In this document: in pieces, positions 19,627 through 30,160 of the stretch
Layout: each line of letters opens with the position of its first letter
Numbering within the stretch: position 1 is the stretch's first letter
Virus record (IMG/VR): IMGVR_UViG_3300043754_000129
Coordinates: 160,001-224,000 of that record
Origin: a virus
Lineage: Duplodnaviria; Caudoviricetes
Direction: 5' to 3' (one strand)
DNA length: 64,000 nucleotides
Program-made: the position numbers and the translations under genes
The notes under the pieces: generated by a model
The model's database searches: none
Seen by the model: only the letters and a program-made list of their open reading frames with translations
Told to the model about the DNA's origin: nothing

Positions 19627-20206
19627 AGTTCATTTCCTCCAGATAAGCACGCCACTTACCGTACGCTACGGCAAGTGCGTCTACGCTGTGTTCGTCCAAC
19701 ATTGCCAGAGGAACTTCCCCCTGGTAATTCAAATCAGGCAGACGCAAAAGCGCTTGCTTCACCATGTTCTTGTCGGCATTGCCGGGAGCGCCCACCTTCT
19801 TTTTGACAGTCGGCGGGTCAACACGGTAAAGCGGTTTCCATGGATCGTACGCGAGCATTGCTTCCATGATGCCGCACATGACTTCTGTGAGTGCACCGTA
19901 CGCTTGCGGTTGACGCATGCTGATAAAAGGGGCTTCGCTTACGACCATGAACGGTTGCACGCGGTGGAACAAGTCCACCAATGCGCCCGAGATGGCCGCA
20001 ATGCGTGAGAACCGGTCGCCGTGAAGCTGCCCCAGCCAGGACTCCCCATCTTGGAGTCGATCACCGCGGAACGTCTTGGCATAAGACGAAACAATCCGCA
20101 TGGTGTTTAAGTCAATCCAGAGCACGGATGTCCCGAGGGTCGTCGTGCCTGGATCGATGCCTACTATCGAGATGAGGTGTCCAGCATCTGCTGGGAGCCT
20201 TAGCAT
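19616..20206 (-). CDS. ruvC: RuvC-like Holliday junction resolvase
   Basis: IVGIDPG, VVSEAPF, ADKNMVK, HSVDALAV catalytic motifs. Confidence 0.85.
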   Translation of the reverse strand: MLRLPADAGHLISIVGIDPGTTTLGTSVLWIDLNTMRIVSSYAKTFRGDRLQDGESWLGQLHGDRFSRIAAISGALVDLFHRVQPFMVVSEAPFISMRQPQAYGALTEVMCGIMEAMLAYDPWKPLYRVDPPTVKKKVGAPGNADKNMVKQALLRLPDLNYQGEVPLAMLDEHSVDALAVAYGKWRAYLEEMNYVV

Positions 20207-20224
20207 CTCACCTCCAGTTCGTTG

Positions 20225-21097
20225 TTATTGCGTCGTACCGTTCGACGAGCTGCCCGAGCTCGAAAGCTGGAAGAGCGGTTCGGTCGAACCGACGTTCAGG
20301 TTGATGTCGGTACCGTCGTTCATGTAGTTCATCGGAATGAACGTGTTGATGAACGAGTTGATCTGTGCTGCGATCACTTCATTCATGTTGAACGAACCAG
20401 ACGTAGCCGGCACGTTCACCACTTGATCGACGCCCGAGACGAGGCCGATCTCCGAGATGATGGCGTAGCGCGGATCACCATAGATGATGTTCGCGCAGTT
20501 CACCAGTTCGGTGGCGTCTTGCTCGCTGAACGAGAGCGCCAAGACGGCAGCGGCCGTGATGTAGTCGCCCGAAACCGTCGAAGCCGAGGAGCTCGACGTC
20601 GCAGGCGGCGTCGGATTCAGGTTCGCAGCATTCGCCACGTACGGCGTGGTCGTGGTCGTGCCGTTCGCCACCGTGTTCATCTGGATCTGTGCGGCGACGT
20701 TCGTGAAGTCGATGCGGCGCAGGTAGTAGCAGGCGTAGGACACGCCATTGAACTGCTGCACCACACGCATTGCGTACTGCGCCATCTGGCTAGCCGACAG
20801 GTCGCTCGACACCGGCCGCATGATGAAGGGCAGGTGGTTGAACAGTGCCGCGTCGGTGGCCAAGTGTTGCAGGGGCGAGGGTGCCGTGAGGCCGTCTGCG
20901 CCGACGGTCATCGTGTGGCCGCCGTTGCCGATGCAGTAATAACGCTGCGTCGGGATCACGTTGGCTGCGGGATTGACGCCCGCGTTCACGTTGAATTTCT
21001 CGTTGAGCGTGGTGTCGGTCATCATCGCGTACGTCAGATCGAGCAGCAGGCAAGTCTGAAGATACGAGCCCCACGCGGTGCGAGTTGTTTGTTCCAT
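20225..21097 (-). CDS. conserved jumbo-phage virion structural protein
   Basis: TTLNEKF..YYCIGNGGH..LPF..YYLRRID..ISEIGLVSG pattern; co-oriented with the next gene. Confidence 0.6.
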   Translation of the reverse strand: MEQTTRTAWGSYLQTCLLLDLTYAMMTDTTLNEKFNVNAGVNPAANVIPTQRYYCIGNGGHTMTVGADGLTAPSPLQHLATDAALFNHLPFIMRPVSSDLSASQMAQYAMRVVQQFNGVSYACYYLRRIDFTNVAAQIQMNTVANGTTTTTPYVANAANLNPTPPATSSSSASTVSGDYITAAAVLALSFSEQDATELVNCANIIYGDPRYAIISEIGLVSGVDQVVNVPATSGSFNMNEVIAAQINSFINTFIPMNYMNDGTDINLNVGSTEPLFQLSSSGSSSNGTTQ

Positions 21098-21145
21098 TTC
21101 TCGTCCTAATCCAAAAGAAGTCTACACAGGATAAAAAAATACAGC

Positions 21146-23455
21146 TTAACTAGCAGGCGGCGTGTACGTCAGGTCCGGAAGAACGGTCACTTTCCACACG
21201 CTGTTCATCTGCGGAATCGGAGCACTCGGCGAGTTGTTCCAGTTTTCCGTGTAGATGCTTACCAGCGATTCGTCTTGCAGGCTCGGCGACATCGCCAGCC
21301 AATCGTCGAGACCAATCACCGGAATGATGCCCCGGCTGTTTTCCGTCAGCGGCGTGGCAGAGGTCGGCTTCGTGCTCGCCACCTTCACGTCCTTACGGAT
21401 CACCATCGCGTGATTACCCAACCACGTCTTGGTGCTCACCTTCTCATGCTTCTTGATCTCGCAGTGCGCATCGATGACTTCGGTGAAGGGTGCGCCCACA
21501 TCGAACTCGGTGGATGTGCTGCCCGAGACGTTCTCGTTAAAGACGCCCAGATTCTCTTCGTCGTAGATACTCGACGCCGCGTCCATGGTAATCTGCCCCA
21601 CGCGCACTGCCGGCCAGTCGATGTCCTTAATCTCCCCATCGTTGATTTCATACAGATACTGGACCGAGTAGCTCGAGAGCTTCTCCATGATGCCAATCAT
21701 GGCCTTCTGGAGATTCGCCATCGACTGCGTGTTCGTCAGGTTCAGACCGGTTGCCGCTTGCACGAGCGACGTGTACATCAGACCGTAGTCGTCCGCCGAG
21801 AAGTTGCTGATGTCGATGTTGCGCGAGTTAAACCACTGGGCAAAGGTCTGCCCCGTGTAATCGCCCAGCTGGATCATGTTGTCCGACCAGATCCGCTCGA
21901 CCATCCCGTAGGTCATGCCCCGCACGAGGTAATCCTCTTGCATCGAGACGTAACCGCGCTGGTAGTTCGCTGCCTGCCAGAGGGCCGTGCCTGTGGCGTT
22001 AAATGCCGTGATCGAAATCATCGGTGCAATCGCCGGCATGTAGCTGAGCACGTCATTGGCCATCTGCGTGGTGACTTGCTTCGTGTCGACCACACTCATG
22101 ATGTCCGCTACACTCGGCTGCGGAAAACGCACCACACGGGTCGCTTGCACGGCCGGAATCGCCACTTGCGTGAGATCGATCCCAATGCTCATCGAGTAGC
22201 AGTACCACATGAAGACGAAGCCATCCTTGGCATTCATCGGCACGATCGGCTCACCCGTCACCGGATTGTCCACGACCAAGAAGGCCGTGTAGTAATCCAT
22301 CTGGCCAAAGTACAGCCAGTGATTGACGAGGATGTTCTCAAGTGTGTAAGGCGTCGAGTCCGTCTCATCGATCATGGCACTGTTCAGTACCTTGGTCAGC
22401 AACGTATTGGAGAGCGAATTCTCCATCGCTTGCGTGATGTCCGCTTCCACGTCCGGCTGGATCTCAGCGTTCATGGTGGCGAGCGGCTGCTCGGTGTTGA
22501 GCATCGTGTCCATCGTCCACGAGGTCGACGCCACCAGGTTCTCACCCAGGTTCAGCGGATCGGACTCGAAGAAGACCGTGGGCGACGTTTGCAGCGGCAT
22601 GCCCGACACATCGTGGCGCATGGTGTATGCAGCCAGCGGAATGTCACGCACCGTCAAGATGTTCGCAATCAGCGTCTCGAACGTCGACTTCTTACCAACG
22701 TTGCGCTGAATGTAGTTGATGTTGCGACACAACCAGATGATCTGCGGCAGACTCAGCTGAGTCATGTACTGATCCAGTCCCTGGTGCGAGGCCAGAAACT
22801 GCTGCTGGTGGAAGCTATGCATCTCGTTGCCTCGGCTCGCTTCCTCACGAAACGACACAATTGCCTGGAAGATGGCGAGATACATATTGGCCAGTTGCAC
22901 CATGAAGTACAACTCGTCGCTGATCCCGTATTGCGGGTTAAACCAGCGCTGCTTAAAGCCGTAGATGAAGTCCTGCAACTTCTCGATGAGCGTGTACTCA
23001 TTGTCCTCGACGTACTTTTGCGGGTAGCCGAGAATCTGTCCGTCCTTGGCCGCAATGGCCTTGGTCATGTCGACCGGATACAGGATCCCGAGGATGAGAT
23101 TGACCTGCTTCGGATACTGATCGACGAGCGCCTGGTAGTACGAAGTCCCGAATACATATGCAGCAGCGGTTGCCGTGTGGACCTGAAGGTTCGCCACGGT
23201 GAACTCGATTTGCTCCATGGTATCCAGGGAGATGACCGTCATCATCGTGTCCGTGAAATGGTACTGACCGGACAGGTTCATGTAGTACTTCCAGGTCGTC
23301 GGATCCGTTTCGTCGACCTTTGAAGCACCGTAGTTATCGATGACGTACTGGTTGAGACCTTGCTCGGTCTCCTGGCTTTTTACGACAATCGTTTGAGCAA
23401 GAGCTACGCACGACTGTAAGTACAGTGTGAAGTAGTTGTTTGAATTTGTGGACAC
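21146..23455 (-). CDS. conserved virion structural protein (divergent from portal)
   Basis: 769 aa, GTG start; WKYYMNLSGQYH, NYIQRNVGK motifs; position as in the phiKZ gp128 region. Confidence 0.6.
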   Translation of the reverse strand: MSTNSNNYFTLYLQSCVALAQTIVVKSQETEQGLNQYVIDNYGASKVDETDPTTWKYYMNLSGQYHFTDTMMTVISLDTMEQIEFTVANLQVHTATAAAYVFGTSYYQALVDQYPKQVNLILGILYPVDMTKAIAAKDGQILGYPQKYVEDNEYTLIEKLQDFIYGFKQRWFNPQYGISDELYFMVQLANMYLAIFQAIVSFREEASRGNEMHSFHQQQFLASHQGLDQYMTQLSLPQIIWLCRNINYIQRNVGKKSTFETLIANILTVRDIPLAAYTMRHDVSGMPLQTSPTVFFESDPLNLGENLVASTSWTMDTMLNTEQPLATMNAEIQPDVEADITQAMENSLSNTLLTKVLNSAMIDETDSTPYTLENILVNHWLYFGQMDYYTAFLVVDNPVTGEPIVPMNAKDGFVFMWYCYSMSIGIDLTQVAIPAVQATRVVRFPQPSVADIMSVVDTKQVTTQMANDVLSYMPAIAPMISITAFNATGTALWQAANYQRGYVSMQEDYLVRGMTYGMVERIWSDNMIQLGDYTGQTFAQWFNSRNIDISNFSADDYGLMYTSLVQAATGLNLTNTQSMANLQKAMIGIMEKLSSYSVQYLYEINDGEIKDIDWPAVRVGQITMDAASSIYDEENLGVFNENVSGSTSTEFDVGAPFTEVIDAHCEIKKHEKVSTKTWLGNHAMVIRKDVKVASTKPTSATPLTENSRGIIPVIGLDDWLAMSPSLQDESLVSIYTENWNNSPSAPIPQMNSVWKVTVLPDLTYTPPAS

Positions 23456-23487
23456 GGGTTAATCCCCAATAAAACAAAGAGGCATCA

Positions 23488-26400
23488 ATGTCAAGTGGAT
23501 ATCAGAAAGCCATTGAGCTGGCCGGTAGTGGCAAGAAGTTTCCCGTCATGCAGCTGGTCCGTCAGGACCCCACGATGGCGGCCACCCTGGCTAAGCTGAT
23601 TCCATCTCAGCACCCTGTGGAACATGGGGACGATGGTAATCGCAAACCGGCGACTCCGAATCTGTACAGCTTCCGGAACGCCGCTGAGCAGACAGCACAA
23701 AATGTCAATGACGCCGAAACCGTGATGCAGCTGCTGCCAGACATGGAGCTGGCACAGCAGATCTTGGTCTCGTCGGTGGGTTCGCCCAAGGACATGATGT
23801 CGCTGGAGCTGACCTACACAGCTCCCGAAGGACTCACAGCGCCTGACGTCAGTAGCGCCATGATTGACCGGTATCGTCAGCATTTCGAACAGGTCCATAA
23901 GATTAAACCGCTCATCCCCAAGATCTTGCGGGATATGCTGTTCCGGACTGGCTCCTATTCGCTGGCCGTCATCCCGGAAAACTCCGTGGACGAGGTGATC
24001 AACGGGCAAGTGCGTCCGTCGATGGAAAACCTCTCCGAGCACATCAATCCGGATGGCAGTGTGCGTCCGATTGGTATTCTCGGACCGTCAAGCCGCACCA
24101 TGCCGACGGAAGAATCGTCGCGCCGCCCCGGTCTCGCGGTCGAGTCGTTTAACGACTACAACTTCAATGCGGATCCGACCCAGGGTCTCATGCGCTTTGA
24201 GCACGGTCTGTCGAAGGCTCTCGAAGCGGACGACGTGTTCGTCACGGTGACGGACAACCCGACCGTTCTGAAGATCCCTCAGATCAATCAGAAGCTGCGT
24301 GAACAACGCATCTTCAGCGCCATGGGCAGCCGCGCCATGGAGTCGCTCGGCATGACGGATAAGAATCCGCTGCACGCGATGAACGACCGTGAGCTCACGG
24401 GTCAACTCTACCGCAACCGCAAGTACGGCTACCAGCCGGTGGCGTCGCTTAAGACGCAAGACCAGCTGAACCGTCGCACCGTCGGTAACCCGATGGTCAT
24501 GCACATTCCGTCGGAGTCGGTGATTCCGGTGCACGTGCCGGGTACGCCGCAAAACCAGATCGGCTTCTTTGTCCTCCTGGATGAAGACGGTCACCCGATC
24601 GTGCGTCAGCAGATCACGGACCACTACCAGCAAATGGCGCAGCGCATGTCGACGTCGGGCAACTTCCCGTCGGCCATGCTGAACAAGGTGAAGACCCAGA
24701 TGAACGGGTTCGACATCTATAACCGCGACCACCTGGACTACAGTGCCCGTGTGTACGGCGACATGGTCGAGCAGGATCTGCTCTCCCGTCTGCGCAATGG
24801 CGCCTACGGTAACAGCGTCGAGATTGGCAAGAACGAAGAGATCTACCGCATCATGTTCTCGCGTGCTCTGGCACGTCAGCACACGCAGCTGCTCTTCATC
24901 CCCGCAGAGTTCATGACGTACTTTGCGATGCGCTACAACCAAGACGGTATTGGTGAGTCGCTGCTCGACGAGATGAAGATCCTGAACAGCCTGCGCTCGA
25001 TGCTGCTGTTCGCCAACGTGATGGCCGGTATCAAGAACTCGATCGGCCGCACGGAAGTGAAGGTGAAGTTCGACGAAGATGATCCGAACCCGGAGAAGAC
25101 GCTCGAAACGTCGATCCACGAGATCATCCGTAGCCGCCAGAACTTCTTGCCGCTGGGTGTGAATTCGCCGGCTGAAGTGATGGACTTTATCACGCGCGCG
25201 GGTTACGAGTTCACCTACGAAGGTCACCCGGGTATGCCGGACGTGGCCATCGACTTCGGTGAGAAGAACAGCAACTACACGAAGCCGGACACGGAACTGG
25301 AAGACAACCTGCGCAAGCGGGCGATCATGAAGACGGGTGTCCCGCCGGAAACGATCGATGCTGCCTACCAGCCGGAACTGGCGACGTCGGTGGTGACGAA
25401 CAACATCCTGCTCAGCAAGCGCGTCATGCAGATTCAGGATGAGTTCCACCCGCTCCTGGCCCAGCACATGCGTCAGCACGCCATGAATTCGCAAGACCTC
25501 ATGGGCGACCTGCGTGACATCCTGCGCGAGAACTTCAAGAAGATTGTGCTCGAGAAGGAAGACAAGCAGGACGCGCGCATCAACGAAACGTCGCACCGCG
25601 CACGCTACATGCGTGACGGCACGCCGATTCTCGATGAAAGCATGCCGGCACATGGCAAGGGCAAGGGCAAGGATGACTCGTCGTCCAAGCTCAGCGAGCA
25701 GGAGAAGGAATACATCATCAACCAGGTGCTTATCGACTTCATCATGAACATCGAAGTGAGCTTGCCGCGTCCGAATTCCTCGACGCTTGCAAACCAGTTC
25801 GAAGCCATGAAGAACTATTCGGAAGCGCTGGACCAGGGTCTCGAAGCCTGGGTGAGCGACACGTTCTTCACGCCGGATACGGCGGGTGACGTGGCCGAGA
25901 AGATCAACACGATGAAGGGGGTGGCCAAGGCCTACTTCCTGCGTAAGTGGATGGCCGACAACGGCATGCTCAACGAGCTCGCACAGCTCACCACGACCGA
26001 CGAAGAAGGTAAGCCGGTTATCGACATCTTCAAGCTGCAAGCCGACCACATCGAAACGCTTCAGAAGACCTTTAACGAGTTCTTCAAGGGTCTCGTATCG
26101 ATCACCAATAAGGAGAACGATACGTACCAGGCCACGATGAAGGAAAGCAACACGCAGGCTGAAGGCAGCAACACGAGCTTTGGTGACAATGGCTCGAGCG
26201 ATCTGGGCGGCGGTGGTATGGGCGACCTGGGTGGTGGCGGTGGTGATAGCGGTGGCCTGGGTGACTTGGGCGGACCTGACTTGGGCGGTGCTCCGGACCT
26301 CGGGACGGGCGGCGGTGAAGGCGGTTCTGACTTGAGCAGCTTGGGTGGCACGAGCAACGGCAGCACGCAAGAACTCGATCAAATGGGTGAAGGCCCGGAT

Positions 26401-26700
26401 CTGAGCGAAGGTGCACAAGCCGTGGACGACGTGGGTAAGAACGGTCTGGGTGGATCGGGTCCGACGGAGAACGCAGTGGAAGCTCCGGAAGGTCCTGACG
26501 AAGCCGAGCATCCCGATCTGGCTCCGCGGCCGGGTCCGGACGAGATGACTCATGCTGGTGACATCACGGGCGACACGCCTCAAGCCCCGAAGGAAACGCA
26601 GGGTGAGAGCGCCAACGCCAATGAGAAGAAGGAAGGCGAAAAGAAGGACGAAGAGGATAAGGACAAGAAGGATAAGTCTGCACCCTCGGGCGGCTTCTAA
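23488..26700 (+). CDS. portal protein (phiKZ gp129-like) with Gly/acidic C-terminal extension
   Basis: LLPDMELAQQILVSS..SPKDM, LFRTGSY..AVIPE, GIGESLL..LNSLR..LLFAN motifs; synteny. Confidence 0.75.
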   Translation: MSSGYQKAIELAGSGKKFPVMQLVRQDPTMAATLAKLIPSQHPVEHGDDGNRKPATPNLYSFRNAAEQTAQNVNDAETVMQLLPDMELAQQILVSSVGSPKDMMSLELTYTAPEGLTAPDVSSAMIDRYRQHFEQVHKIKPLIPKILRDMLFRTGSYSLAVIPENSVDEVINGQVRPSMENLSEHINPDGSVRPIGILGPSSRTMPTEESSRRPGLAVESFNDYNFNADPTQGLMRFEHGLSKALEADDVFVTVTDNPTVLKIPQINQKLREQRIFSAMGSRAMESLGMTDKNPLHAMNDRELTGQLYRNRKYGYQPVASLKTQDQLNRRTVGNPMVMHIPSESVIPVHVPGTPQNQIGFFVLLDEDGHPIVRQQITDHYQQMAQRMSTSGNFPSAMLNKVKTQMNGFDIYNRDHLDYSARVYGDMVEQDLLSRLRNGAYGNSVEIGKNEEIYRIMFSRALARQHTQLLFIPAEFMTYFAMRYNQDGIGESLLDEMKILNSLRSMLLFANVMAGIKNSIGRTEVKVKFDEDDPNPEKTLETSIHEIIRSRQNFLPLGVNSPAEVMDFITRAGYEFTYEGHPGMPDVAIDFGEKNSNYTKPDTELEDNLRKRAIMKTGVPPETIDAAYQPELATSVVTNNILLSKRVMQIQDEFHPLLAQHMRQHAMNSQDLMGDLRDILRENFKKIVLEKEDKQDARINETSHRARYMRDGTPILDESMPAHGKGKGKDDSSSKLSEQEKEYIINQVLIDFIMNIEVSLPRPNSSTLANQFEAMKNYSEALDQGLEAWVSDTFFTPDTAGDVAEKINTMKGVAKAYFLRKWMADNGMLNELAQLTTTDEEGKPVIDIFKLQADHIETLQKTFNEFFKGLVSITNKENDTYQATMKESNTQAEGSNTSFGDNGSSDLGGGGMGDLGGGGGDSGGLGDLGGPDLGGAPDLGTGGGEGGSDLSSLGGTSNGSTQELDQMGEGPDLSEGAQAVDDVGKNGLGGSGPTENAVEAPEGPDEAEHPDLAPRPGPDEMTHAGDITGDTPQAPKETQGESANANEKKEGEKKDEEDKDKKDKSAPSGGF

Positions 26701-26757
26701 AGCAAAAAAGAAGTAAGCGGCATACGGCCCCGGGGAGACCCGGGGCTTTATGCTGTC
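26701..26757. terminator. GCGGCATA-hairpin-TATGCTGTC element with A-tract
   Basis: Between convergent portal and MCP-domain genes; its AAAAAAGAAGTAAGCG flank is shared with 47155. Confidence 0.7.
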
Positions 26758-26762
26758 AGCTT

Positions 26763-27341
26763 TTACGCCTTGTCGTGCGGATGCTGGCGCAGCTCTTCAC
26801 GCGGCCGACGGTTGTAGTTCACGCGGTAAGCGTTCAGATCGTAGCCGACGACCTTGATCTCGTAGTCGGTGTCGCCATCGGCGATGACCGTGAAGTAGGC
26901 TTCCGTGTCACCCAGTTCGAGATTGACGGAGCCGCCTGCCTGAATGCCGATCGATAGTGCCTTACCACCGAGGCTCAGGTCCAGCTGCGTGCGGTAGTTC
27001 AGCTGGATCACGCGGTAGTTGCCTTCGGGCTTGGCCACGAAGTTCGCCAGCGGCGTCGCTTCGGTATCGTGGTAATACAGCAGACCGGTTTCGCCTTCCT
27101 TCGAGAAGCGCAGGAGCATGCCCGCGAGGCTCACGTTCGGGTCGATCGCATCCGTGCAATCGAGCAGACCGGTCTCCAGCAGCGCTTCCGTCTGGCTGAT
27201 GCCCAGCAGGCTGAAGCGCTTGCCCGGACGCAGCTGCGTCGTATTGAACGAGGTGAAGCCAGCGCGCACGAGCGTCGGGAAACCGTGCTCGCTGAAGTAG
27301 TGCTTGCTTTCGTCACGCAAAACGGGAATGATTTTCTTCAT
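26763..27341 (-). CDS. stand-alone copy of an internal major-capsid-protein domain
   Basis: FSLLGISQTEALLETGLLDCTDAID and GSVNLELGDTE are nearly identical to segments of 33319..35541. Confidence 0.8.
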   Translation of the reverse strand: MKKIIPVLRDESKHYFSEHGFPTLVRAGFTSFNTTQLRPGKRFSLLGISQTEALLETGLLDCTDAIDPNVSLAGMLLRFSKEGETGLLYYHDTEATPLANFVAKPEGNYRVIQLNYRTQLDLSLGGKALSIGIQAGGSVNLELGDTEAYFTVIADGDTDYEIKVVGYDLNAYRVNYNRRPREELRQHPHDKA

Positions 27342-27400
27342 TAGTTATCTCTGTTGGTTATGGGCAGATATTTATTGCACCATAAGACAACGAGCAGAAA

Positions 27401-27457
27401 TAAAAAAAGAAAGCATGCGGCATATAGCCCGGGCACGTGCCCGGGCCTTATGTTGTC
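27401..27457 (-). terminator. GCGGCATA-hairpin element with A-tract
   Basis: GCCCGGGC-ACGT-GCCCGGGC. Confidence 0.7.
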
Positions 27458-27472
27458 GCCTACTTGAGTAGG

Positions 27473-27880
27473 TTAGTAGGGTGCGTCTTCTTCGAGTTCG
27501 GCGGGAACGTCGTCGCTCTCGATGTAGACCGCTGCGGCTTCGGCCACCACAGCTTCGTCGAGTGCACCGCTGAACACGGTATTGGCAATGGCTGCTGCCA
27601 CCGAGTCGCCGTTCGCGAGATTGGCGATCTGGTCCGCCGAGGCCACTTGCGTGATCTTGATCGGCGTATCGAACATGCTCGGGTTCTTCGCACGCACGAG
27701 GTCGAGCAAGGTCGGCACTTGGGCGGTGTCGACCGAAGCATCGCCATGCACCGAACTCACGGAGAGATCCGTGAAGCCGGCTTCATCGAGCGCATTTTGC
27801 ACGACGCCGTAGACGAGCGTATTGACTTCTGCGCTGCCGCCGGCAACCGTGACTTCAAGCGGATCGTAAACGAGTGACAT
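27473..27880 (-). CDS. hypothetical acidic protein
   Basis: ATG with GGAAG RBS; protein-like composition. Confidence 0.7.
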   Translation of the reverse strand: MSLVYDPLEVTVAGGSAEVNTLVYGVVQNALDEAGFTDLSVSSVHGDASVDTAQVPTLLDLVRAKNPSMFDTPIKITQVASADQIANLANGDSVAAAIANTVFSGALDEAVVAEAAAVYIESDDVPAELEEDAPY

Positions 27881-28063
27881 TGCTGTCTTCCTTGGATTTA
27901 GAATAACACACAGGCGGCATTGGGGAAACCGCCCTCTCACAACAAGACTAGGGAATCAAGCCTTCCATGGGAATCCGCGCGACCAGTTCCCACTTCTCGA
28001 CTCTCCTCCCCAATCCAATCCTTCACTCTAGGCGAGCGGCAAGAGTGCCCGCCTACAGCTGAT

Positions 28064-30094
28064 TTACTTCACGAGCCGGATGAGATACGATTCTTCGCCG
28101 AGGAAGCCCGTATCGATTTCCAGGATCTTCCCATCGAGGGTCTGGATGTAGTGGTTCGCGAACGTGGTCTCCTGAACCGCATTCGTTTCCTCGATGATGC
28201 CCTTGGCGATGTCGTACATCACCGGCGTCAAGGCTTGCGTGAGCAGTGCGCCCGCCGTCCCGTTCATTTCCAGACGCAGTTCATGCGACAGGCAATTCAG
28301 GAACGTGAAGGACGCGGCCTTGATGAGGTGCGTGAACACCGGCTTGACCTTTTCCGGATCGTGCTCGGCGTTCGGATCGTCTTCCGTGAGGAACAGGCTT
28401 TCAAGCGACGCGATTTCATCGTCAGCCAGCACCGTTTCGAACACGGAGTGGATCAGATAGCTTTCGTTGTTCTTGAATGCCTTCAGGATGACTTCGCCGT
28501 ACTTCTCGCGCAGCACGTTGATCAGGTCCGGCAGATCGTCCGCGTAGCTGTCGATCGTCGTCGTGAGCGACAGGTTGAAGGTCAGCACACGGTTCACGAG
28601 TTCCGTCATGCGCTGGTTGATGCGGATCCACAGCGGCACCGACATCGTGGCCTTGAGCTCGTTGAGCACCTTCCAGAACCCTTCCCACGTACGCGTTTCG
28701 CGCAGCGTTTCGATCAGGTTGTCTTCCGAGATCTGGCCGACGATGAGTTCCACCACGTAGCCGTAGCGACGATAGATGTCCGCCTTCTTGCCGTTCTTGG
28801 TCGACTCGAGCCAGCCGCAGCCCGCCTTGATCCAGACCAGTTCTTCCATCAGGTCCACCGCGAACACCGGATTGACGTGCGTCGGGAATGCCGGTTGCGG
28901 ATTGTCCTGACCATCGACTGCCTTGTCGCGGAATTCTGCTTCGGCTTCGATGTTGGCCAGACCGATCTGAATTGCTTCGACACGGTCCTTGACTTGTGCG
29001 ACGTCCAGTGCGCGGTAAGGCGCGCCGAAGACGCTCTGGATTTTGTGACGTTCGTAGTCCACGGTGCTCTTTTCGGGGTTCTTGACCTGGACGATGACAG
29101 TGCCATCAGCCAGTTCTTGGAGGAAGAGGTTCTGCTTGTCCGGGTTCCAAGCCGGGAAGAACGGCTGCTTCTCGCTGCGCTTCCACTTCAGGCGAGTCGA
29201 ATAGATCGGCTCGAGTTCACCGTGTTGCACTTGTTGAGTTTGCACGGGCATCTCCTGGGCTTGTTGGACTTCTTGTTGTTGCGCCGAGACCATCGTGGGC
29301 ACCGGCGAGCTGGGAGCGACGTTGACCGACGTGGTCTTCACGCCACCCGTGTTGCTGCCACCGATCTTCACGACGTGGGGAGCCGGCTGATCGTCCGAGA
29401 CGAGCTTTGCACTGCCCCAGCGCGTTGCCATGCTGTTGCCTTGCGAAGTCATCGGGGCGTTGCCTTGCGGCGGCTGATGCGTGAGGAACGACGGCTGATT
29501 GCCACCGGCGAGCGAAACGCCAGCGCCACCCAGACGCGGATCAACACGGCTTTGGAAACCCTGCTGTTGCGCCGGGTAACCATAGCCACCACCTTGCGGC
29601 ATGCGCGAACGCAGTTGCTGGATCTGCTGCTTCACGCCATCGAACACTTGAATCTGCTGCCAGACGATCCCTTGCGTCTGCTGATTCAGATAACCACCGA
29701 GCGGCGGGAACAGGCGCACGAGGTTCGAGACGAACATCTCGATGGTCTGCACCACGGCCTTTTCCATCAGTTGCTGCGGAGCCGCATTGGGGTTTTGGCT
29801 CCAGACCAGTTCCAGATAGTCGGCGATGGCTTGCACGAGCGACGCGAACTCTTCATTCGCGAAGTTGTTCATGCCATACATGTTGAAGAAGAAACGACGC
29901 AGGGGATTTGTCTCTGCCTGTTGCTGGATTTCCGCCGCAGCCCAGCCAGCAAGACCCGGCACGAGCTGCATGACCTGGGGATGGCCCTGAATGCCCTGCG
30001 GCACGAACGGCGGATTGTTCGCGTTGATGTTGGGCAGATAGGGCCGCTGCACTTGATCCGGGCTGAAGGGCAGCTGGTTCTGGTTCGGGTACAT
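28064..30094 (-). CDS. conserved hypothetical protein (Q/P-rich N-terminus)
   Basis: 676 aa; follows the RNAP subunit gene in the same orientation. Confidence 0.75.
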   Translation of the reverse strand: MYPNQNQLPFSPDQVQRPYLPNINANNPPFVPQGIQGHPQVMQLVPGLAGWAAAEIQQQAETNPLRRFFFNMYGMNNFANEEFASLVQAIADYLELVWSQNPNAAPQQLMEKAVVQTIEMFVSNLVRLFPPLGGYLNQQTQGIVWQQIQVFDGVKQQIQQLRSRMPQGGGYGYPAQQQGFQSRVDPRLGGAGVSLAGGNQPSFLTHQPPQGNAPMTSQGNSMATRWGSAKLVSDDQPAPHVVKIGGSNTGGVKTTSVNVAPSSPVPTMVSAQQQEVQQAQEMPVQTQQVQHGELEPIYSTRLKWKRSEKQPFFPAWNPDKQNLFLQELADGTVIVQVKNPEKSTVDYERHKIQSVFGAPYRALDVAQVKDRVEAIQIGLANIEAEAEFRDKAVDGQDNPQPAFPTHVNPVFAVDLMEELVWIKAGCGWLESTKNGKKADIYRRYGYVVELIVGQISEDNLIETLRETRTWEGFWKVLNELKATMSVPLWIRINQRMTELVNRVLTFNLSLTTTIDSYADDLPDLINVLREKYGEVILKAFKNNESYLIHSVFETVLADDEIASLESLFLTEDDPNAEHDPEKVKPVFTHLIKAASFTFLNCLSHELRLEMNGTAGALLTQALTPVMYDIAKGIIEETNAVQETTFANHYIQTLDGKILEIDTGFLGEESYLIRLVK

Positions 30095-30160
30095 GTTCTT
30101 TCGTTTCCTTGGTTATTAGAATGGGCGCATCGCTGCGCCCGATTTGGACAATTATCCTTG

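Noticed and set aside
27881-28063. ~180-nt intergenic gap with two hairpins as an ncRNA
   Set aside because: Adequately explained by a terminator plus a promoter/UTR; no long-range pairing seen.
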